In this document: positions 51,586-64,000 of the stretch, piece by piece
Numbering within the stretch: the first letter of the stretch is position 1
How the letters are laid out: each line of letters starts with the position of its first letter
Assembly (NCBI RefSeq): GCF_009914755.1
Contig: NC_060931.1
Source of the DNA: the human T2T-CHM13v2.0 reference genome, Homo sapiens
Direction: 5' to 3' (one strand)
Length of the DNA stretch: 64,000 nt
Position numbers and translations under genes: made by a program
The notes under the pieces: model-generated
What the model saw: the letters and a program-made list of their open reading frames with translations, nothing else
What the model was told of the DNA's origin: nothing
Databases searched by the model: none

Positions 51586-52328
51586 CCAGTCTTTCTTCAT
51601 TTCAAGACTAAATATCAGAGAGTTTATCTGAGTTTTTTTAAAGTAGGTTTATCTTTTACCTTTAAGTTTTAGTACATTAGTACTTTATCTTTGTGTGTGA
51701 TCTAAGGTAAGAATCCCCCAACTTTAATTTTTCCACTTAATCTCTTGGTTGTCCCACGAACACAAAGCAAATCATTCTCTCTTCCAGGTCTTTAGGATGC
51801 CATGTTTATCACATACTTAATTATCATATGGTCACCAGGGAAAGGCGTGACAAAATGGCTCCATCTGCAGTACCAGTTCTGATGAACTGGCAAAGGCTTC
51901 CTAGGGCCAACATGTATTCTGAGGCTGACCTACGCTCCATGGGAGAATGCTGGGATCGAATGACAGCTCTTGTCATCACTGCAGTCAGAGATGTTTCAGG
52001 ACCATCCTTTTCAATTGTCTCGTCTACTCTTGCAAGATTACATGCTATAACTAGAGGGAAAGTTCTGTTAGGACAGAATTTTTTTTCTCTCATTTTTACT
52101 GCTGTGTCCTCAAATTCCCAGACTAGTACCTGGTAGATAGTGAAACATGTTCAAATAAATATTTTTTTAAAAGAATGAAAGGTTTAAAAAAGACATTGAA
52201 TTATTTTACACTTGGAAATTTTTTTGGCCATGATCACTCCTTGATTTTCCACAAATGACCTTTAGAATCATTATCAAGTTGCTGCTCCCTAAAAAAATTC
52301 CACTGAAATGCAAAATAAAACAATGCAA

Positions 52329-52628
52329 GGCAGGGCACACTGACTCATGCCTGTCATCCCAGCACTTTGGGAAGCCAAGGTGGGCAGATCGCTTGAGCCC
52401 AGGAGTTCAAGACCAGCCTGGGCAAGATGGCGGAACTCCATCTCTACAAAAAATAAAAAATTAACCAGGTAGGGTAACGTGCACCTGTAGTCCCAGCTAC
52501 TTGGGAGACTGAGGCAGGAGAATCGCTTGAGCACAAAAGATTGAGGCTGCAGTGAGCCATGTTTGCATCACTATACTCCAGCCTGGGCAACAAAGTGAGA
52601 CCCTGTCTCAAAACATAAAACAAAAAGC
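52329..52628 (+). mobile_element. Alu (AluJ-like)
   Basis: Dimeric Alu; TSD acaatgcaa. Confidence 0.9.
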
Positions 52629-53003
52629 CTACAATGCAATACCATGCCATACCCCCAAGATAACGAAAAAGAATAATAAGTGATGGCAAAAATGTGGAGC
52701 AAATGTTACTCTCACACACTGATGGTATGAGAATAAAGGAGTAAACCATTTTAGAAAAATGCTGGGCAGTATCTGCTATAGCTGAACATACAACCACAAG
52801 CCCACCAATTTCAATCAGAAGTATATCACCAACAGAAGTGTGCATATACACAAAAACTATGTGAAAATGCCCACAGCGGCATTATTTGTAGTATCCAAAA
52901 AACTAAAAATAACACAAATGTCAACCAATAGTAGGATACATTAATGGCTTGTGGTGAATTCACACAATGGAATACAACACAGCAATGAGAAAAAACTAAC
53001 TCC

Positions 53004-53376
<373 letters not shown>

Positions 53377-55207
53377 CTAGCGTATAATTCCATTCACGCA
53401 AAGTGAAATAAACAGGCAAAACTTACATACAGTTAGTTTTAACATACAGTGACCAGAATTCAGACAACTGGTTACCCTTGGTGGGTGCTGATCAGAAGGG
53501 GCATCAGAGGGCCTCTGGGATGCTCGTTACATGGGCCTACTCACTTTCTGAGTATTCATGGCTGTACATTTGTGATGTATGCATTCAATTTATATTTCAA
53601 CAGTTTACATTTTAGAAGTCTTTGAGAGATATTATCAGCTTCATTTTTTTAGATGCAATAAAGAAATCATTTCTTAAATATAAGAGCATGTTAATCTGGG
53701 CACAGAAATAGTTTTCTCCAGTTTTTAAAACAAGCTCATCACCACGGCTGGGCAGTCTGCTCTGTGATTTAAGTAAACATGTCAAAGGTTGCTCCTTAGG
53801 ATTGATGGACAGAGGCAGACCATAATAAAAATATGTATGAGGGTAGTGATAAATGCAGCTCTGCTCTCCCTGCAGCAGTGAGCAGAGGGTCCCTATAGGG
53901 GGAACGGACTATATCCTTATATCCACCACATCTTTAAAATGTCATTAATCCTTCTTTGGGAATATTTTTCACTAGTGAGCTGAAGCCTTCCTCCCTTGCA
54001 ATTTTCAGGAGTTTTATTATGATTAAACATACACCTGCAAAATGGGAAGAGTTTTAGGATTCCTCATGCAACCTTGTATAATACTTATTGTCATCACCAA
54101 GAAATACCACCATACTCAGTGAAGATGACAGCAAAGGAAACCAGAAGGAACCTATCACTACAAATGCCCATACCCCGAGGGCAGGGGTCCTATCTGGCCT
54201 GCTCACCATCAGTCACAGTAAATTGATAAAGGTTTGTAAGCTGTGAATGAGCCAGGGTAGAACCATAATCATCCAGCTACCCATTTTGTCATGAATCACT
54301 CATATCCTGGGACTGAAGGACAAATCCCCTACATTGTTTTCCAACCACTGAGAAGGTGCACACAACAGGTCACTGCATCTGCCCATCCTTTACTTTGATT
54401 CCCTGTTATAGGGATGGAACAAAATATAATTTAAGGATTTGCATCTGGATTGGGTATTTTATATTAGGGAATTATCATTAACTTTATTAGGTGCACAATG
54501 GTATTATGACTGTGTAGGAGATTGTTTTTATTATTTGAAGCTCTATGCTAAATTATTTAGGGTGAATTATAGTGATAGCTAAGTTATATTTATTAACATA
54601 AATCAGAAAAAAATGTATAAACTAACATGACAAGTATTACTTTAAATCAGATGGTGGTTATGTGGGTGTTTACTATTCTATTTTCTGTATGTCTGAAAAT
54701 TGTCACAATAAAGTTAAAAACATATTTAAGAAACATAAATGGCCAATAAACATATTGCTCTATTTATTTAAAAATGAAAATTTTAAATAAGATACAATTT
54801 TTCAACCAACAGATTGGCATAAAGTCTTTTTTGTTGCTGCTGCAACAAAAACTCATAATAATCTGAGTTGATATAATGTAGGAAATGAACACTTCCGTGT
54901 TCCCACCCAAAATAAATATTGAAATAACCTTCATGAGAGGCAGTCTACCAAGGGGAATCACAAGCCTTAATATGTTCTAAACCCATTCTAACCCAATGGT
55001 GCCACTTCTAGGAATTTATCCTAAGAAAATAATGCTAGCTATATGCAAAAATGTAGGTACAATACTATCATTACAGTGCTGTCATGATAGTAAAGCACAG
55101 GAAACAACTAAATATTCAATAATTAAATAGTGCTTCAATAAGTTAGGGCAAAACAGAAACAGCCATATGTAGGAATATTATGCAGCATTAAAAATATTGT
55201 AGTAGGG

Positions 55208-56010
55208 TTCCTTTCAGCTGGAACCACCATCTTCCAGTAATTCACCAAAATGGGATGAACACAAAGGGAAAGAGGAGAGGCACTCAATATATGTTCTGTA
55301 GGCCTTTTAGAAAACATAGAGTTGTTCCTTTGGCCACATATATGCAAATCTATAAGAAAGGTGATATTGTAGACATTAAGGGAATGAGTACTGTTCAAAA
55401 AGGAATGCTTTACAAGTGTTACCATGGCAAAAGTAGAGGAGTCTACAATGCCCCCAGCATGCTGTTGGCACTGTTGTAAACAACAAGTTAAGGGCAAGAC
55501 TCTTGCTAAGAGAATCAATGTGTGTGCTGGGCACATTAAGCACTCTAAGAGCTGAGATAGCTTCCTGAAATGCATGAAGAAAAATGATCAGAAAAAGAAG
55601 GTGTACCTGGTGTCAGCCTGCTCCACGCAGAGAAGCACACTTTGTGAGAACTCACGGGAAGGAGCTTGCATTGCTGGAAGCTATTTCCTATGACTTCATG
55701 GCAAATAGGTGTTTAAAAAAAAAAAAAAAAAAAAAAAAAGACCTCTGGATTGTAAAAATGTGGTGTCCACTCCCTCAAAGAAATATTTAAAGCAAATTTT
55801 AATTGTGTCCTAATTAACTGTATAATGTCTTTACTAATCAAATTTAACGTATTGCTTACCAAAAGATGTGAGGTAACTTACTGCGCAAGAAATTACTCAA
55901 CTGGTTAGAAGATGGCCAGATATTATTTATGACATATTTGTACTGGTTTAAAAGTAGTTCCTCTAAATCATCATGGAAGAAACAAAATAATTTACAAAAA
56001 TAAAAAAAAT
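55208..56010 (+). pseudogene. RPL21 processed pseudogene (antisense to SLC25A13), inserted in an old L1M
   Basis: 5'UTR ttcctttcagctggaaccaccatcttccagtaattcaccaaaatg; [43 protein letters not shown] and [24 protein letters not shown] match RPL21. Intronless, with a frameshift, TGA at 55553 and a deletion near the EAKEK segment. Confidence 0.95.
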
Positions 56011-56474
56011 ATAGAAGCACACTGAATTATAGGAAAAAGTATTTGTAACATAGCAGGTAAGGGAAAAAACTAGATAGAAAACAGTATTTTTTTCTCCTAA
56101 GGGGAAAAAAAATTATATACATACAGAGAGACACATAGACTGAGAGATAAATAAATATATAAATATCTATCTTCCTACACAAAGATCACAAGTTACTTTT
56201 GTTTATGTATCTGCCTTTTAAATTTTCAATGCATATAAAATTGATGTGATAAAAAGTTTCCAAAAACAGAATTAACTGTTTTTCAAAATTTGCCTACAGA
56301 CATTTTAAAAGTGGATATCATGCTTTTGCTGACAAAACAATTATAAAAATCCAAGTGTAATTCACTATGTTACTCTGTAATATGTCTTCTGTTTCTCATT
56401 CAGCCCTTTTCCCCAATTTTCCCATCTTTCGCTACAGAGATTTAGTTACTTGAGACTATATACTTCTAAACAGT

Positions 56475-56813
56475 TGACATGGTTTGGCTGTGTCCCCGCC
56501 CAAATCTCACCTTGAATTGTAATAATCCCCATGTGTCCAGGGCGGGGCCAGGTGGAGATAACTGAATCATGGGTGCGGTCTCCCCATAAGTTTCAGAAGA
56601 TCCAATGGTTTTATAAATGGGAGTTCCCCTGCACAAGCTCTCTTGCCTGTCACAATATAAGACGAGAATTTGTTTCTCATTCGCCTTCCACCATGATTGT
56701 GAGGCCTCTCTAGCCATGTGGAACTGTGAGTCAATTAAACCTCTTTGCCTGATAAATTACCCAGTCTCAGGTATGCCTTTATTAGCAGCATGAGAACAGA
56801 ACAGACTAATACA
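56475..56813 (+). mobile_element. THE1 (C/D-like) MaLR solo LTR, antisense to SLC25A13
   Basis: tgacatggtttggctgtgtcccc...cagactaataca; TSD acagt/atagt. Confidence 0.92.
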
Positions 56814-57006
56814 ATAGTACACATCATCTCTTTTGCTCTCCATAGCTACTGGCTCCCTCTCACTTTCTCTATTACTAATAGTAGGCATCATCTCTTTTCC
56901 TCCCTGGAGCTACTGGCTCCCTCTCACTTTCTCTGTTACTAATACAATAGCACGCATCATCTCTTTTCCTCCCTCGAGCTACTGGCTCCCTCTCACTTTC
57001 TCTATT
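56805..57006. repeat. Tandem triplication, units of 69/64/69 bp
   Basis: actaata(caata)g..c.catcatctctttt.ctc....agctactggctccctctcactttctct.tt starting at 56805, 56874 and 56938. Confidence 0.92.
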
Positions 57007-57897
57007 CTTATTACTGGCACCTCTCTGCACTCAGACCGTATTTTCTCTCTGCTCTCTCTCATCCATTATAAAAAATCAGCCATCTTAATCAAATATTCTT
57101 TCAAAGTGACTCTATCTTGCCATTCTCCATTCCTCCTGCTGCCGCAACCCTAAGGCTGCCTAACTTGTGGCCTTGCTGCACCAATCAAATCTCACACCCA
57201 TCTCCTCGTCAAAAAACCTCGAATGCTTCCTACTGTTTAGTGGAATTCCAAACCCCCAATTACCTTTCCAATCCTGTCACCCACACCCTGTGATACTCAG
57301 CATACTTTGAGCCAGAGTTGTATTTAAATAAACACTTAAAGGATGAGCAATACTCCTTCAACCTGCAGAGGTTGTTTTCTCCTCAACTCATCTCCAGGCC
57401 TTCCCTCAAACGTGTTCCTTGTCGCCTCTCCAACTTGTCCCTGAGACTCCCCAAGTTCTCTCTCCTAAGGGCCTTCCCTGACCACTCTCCACAATGGGGG
57501 CTGCTCCCTCCTTCCACCTCCTACAGCATTTGCTTTAACCACAACGCAGGCCCTTGGGGTATGCCAACTTTAAGATTCTTTGTTACCTCCTGCATGCCTA
57601 TCCATCTGGTCTCTTATATAAAATCTGAGCTCCTTTAAGATGTGGTCATTGTTATACATCTTTTGCACCTCCCACTCACCACAGAGTTTCCTGGTGTTTT
57701 ATTTAAATGGCAGGCACTCAATACACATCTGTTTAAACTAACAGGAAGCAACACCAAAAGTACTAGGCAAACAGAAAAACGCATGTCGTTAAGACTAGAA
57801 ACAAAACTGACTTCCTAGACTTTAACTTCTACATCTAGATGAAACATTACCTGACACTTGCCACAAGAACATCCTCCATAAGAAAACATCTGTCGTT

Positions 57898-58199
57898 GGC
57901 CAGGCACGGTGGCTCATGCCTGTAATCCCAGCACTTTGGGAGGCCAAGGCAGGAGGATCATGAGGTCAGGAGATCGAGACCATCCTGGCTAACACGGTGA
58001 AACCCCATCTCTACTAAAAATGCAAAAAATTACCCGGGCATGGTGGCAGGCGCCTGTAGTCCCAGCTACTTGGGAGGCTGAGGCAGGAGGATGGCATGAA
58101 CCTGGGGAGGCAGAGCTTGCAGTGAGCCAAGATCATACCACTGCATTCCAGCCTGGGTGACAGAGTAAGACTCCATCTCAAAAAAAAAAAAAAAAAAAA
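57898..58199 (+). mobile_element. AluY
   Basis: Diagnostic 'gaggtcaggagatcgagaccatcctggctaacacggtg'; TSD atctgtcgt. Confidence 0.92.
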
Positions 58200-60043
58200 T
58201 CTGTCGTATGCCTTAGCCCCACATGTTTTATAACAAGTCCTGTCCTGACTACCACCACCCAGGATCCTGTGCCCCGAGCCAGCCCAAGTGTTTAGCCATT
58301 CCCTCCACACCTGTGGCACTCTGACAGCTCTTTACTTTGTATGTGTTGTTTTCTTTGCCTAAAAAGGTCTTCCATTGCCAACAAACCCTTCTCTACCTAC
58401 TCATCTTCGAGCGTAATTCAAACATTACCACCTCTCCATAACTTAATGACTCTCCATAGAAAGATATAATTAGACCACACCATCTTCTGCTAATTAATCC
58501 TGTACACTACTTATCAATCATATCATGGCTTCTGGGGTTTTTTACACTTACACACAGTTCTCACTCTGATATTAATGGACAGGAGCCATGATGTATGCAT
58601 TGATACACACCCAGTCCATGACACTGTATCTAGGTACCTTCAAAAAAACAGTGGAACTGATTCTAAATTCTCAAACAAATGAAAAGGGCAGAATTGGGCT
58701 CATTTTAATCCCCTAGGAGCCCTCTTTCCTTATCTGGCTCAGTTCCACTGGCTGTCGCTGATCTACAGAGCTGCCAACTTTCCTGCTACCATCACACCTG
58801 GTGTGAAGGCTGCAATGAAGCTCCCTTCCACCTCCCAAGCTAAAGAAGAATCCTCTCTTTACACAGGTTAGCAGAGAGAAGGCTGGGATATTTCACATGG
58901 AATTTTTACTAGGAAGAAAGTCAAGTCAGGAAAAAGTCACAGAAAATCAGCAAAGTAGACAGGTTTACAGAATGCTTACTGCTGATCCATAATTAACTAA
59001 GAAGCTCGGCCTGGCACGGTCCCCACATTGCTGTGTTTCCCGTTCTTCCCCTCACCACAATACCATCTGTGATAAATGGTAAACCTGACATCCTTAGCAT
59101 GCTAAGCCAAGGCAGATTTGGGTTGGTACCACACTATCCAGGCCTGGTGAGATCACCAGAACTTTTGCCAGATCCACAATCCTTTCCACAAACTGCTGAC
59201 TGCTGTTTTCTTCAGGTATGGTCCCCCTGACGTCATCTCTTAGGACTCCAAGCCACACAAACTGTTACTCAAAAGTCACATAGTCCCAGCCACCCCAAGG
59301 GAAGAGAGTACTTCCCCATTTATACCAAAGATTCCACCCTCGGCCTTCAAGTGCACTTAAACAGAAACACTACAGGTGTCTCTCCAGAACTCTGCATGAA
59401 TTCTCACCCTCTCTAGGTCTACCTGATCAATTAGACTCTCCCCCAGTATAGTCCTGCTGGCTGCTGAAAGTGGATGTAGCAGCTGACAAAGATACATCGT
59501 TCCAAACTAAGGTCTCAGCCTAGCTTCTCCAGGGACCATGTGGCCTCCTCGAAAGGTGGACACAGCCTTTAAGTGGAGTCTTATCAATGGATCACACCAA
59601 CCAGTGAGATTGTAAGATGCACCATGTATTGAGACACCCTCTATGGTGTTCCCACTTCCTGTCAGAAGGATGCCCACCACTCTTGCTTGTTTAGAAAACA
59701 GAAGTAACAGATAGGTCCTCGGTTCAAAGAACGATGACTTCTTTACCAGCTTAAGCTAATGAGCTACTTTCCATTTTGATAGGATCTTTGGCAGCCCACT
59801 TAGTTACTTTTCTGCAAGTGATCTTTCAGATTTCTGTCACTGGAGTTTTACAATATCAACACACCTTAAATGCACATACGAAGACCTTCTCTGGTTCTCT
59901 CATACAGACCTCATTCCAACCATGGTGGTCCCAACATGCACAACCATAGAGATCAGCTTAGGTAAGGAACAAATGCTTTTCTGTTTTCTGGACTTTCATC
60001 CTCCAGAATCCTTTTCCAACTTAGAAACTGTATACTGTATTGT

Positions 60044-60177
60044 GGCCAGAAATGGTGGCTCGTGCCTGTAATCCCAGCACTTTAGGAGGCCAAGGCAGGC
60101 AGATCACTTGAGGTCAGAAGTTCAAGACCAGTCTGGCCAGCATGGGGAAACCCGTCTCTACTAAAAATACAAAAATT
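60044..60177 (+). mobile_element. Alu left arm, interrupted at the A-rich linker by L1
   Basis: Ends ctactaaaaatacaaaaatt, followed directly by the L1 5' end. Confidence 0.88.

Positions 60178-64000
<3,823 letters not shown>

Noticed and set aside
55255-55790. Functional RPL21 gene
   Set aside because: Intronless, with frameshift, premature TGA and internal deletion.
56805-57006. CRISPR-like repeat array
   Set aside because: Head-to-tail tandem units with no unique spacers, in primate intronic DNA with no cas genes.

Overview
Primate (human-like) genomic DNA from inside SLC25A13 (citrin, mitochondrial aspartate/glutamate carrier 2), which is on the minus strand. Two coding exons are present: exon 3 (49091-49233, Y24-G71) and exon 4 (6697-6812, G71-E110), separated by a 42,278-bp intron. 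The rest is intronic and dense in repeats. It includes a solo LTR12C, MER4/THE1/MST/MLT LTRs, a Charlie1 DNA transposon, about 19 Alus/monomers, L2/MIR, four primate L1s (one with a twin-priming inversion, one 5'-intact L1PA inserted in an Alu linker) and an RPL21 processed pseudogene. There are no prokaryotic-type systems. The most interesting hypothesis concerns two retroelements in intron 2: the L1 antisense promoter/ORF0 and a gene-sense THE1 LTR. Each supplies an ATG-initiated, phase-2 splice donor that is in frame only with exon 4. Such splicing would replace half of citrin's Ca2+-binding EF-hand 2 loop while keeping the carrier. This is inferred from sequence alone and needs transcript evidence. 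Repeat subfamily names and exon numbers come from recalled consensus/reference knowledge, not from a run search.
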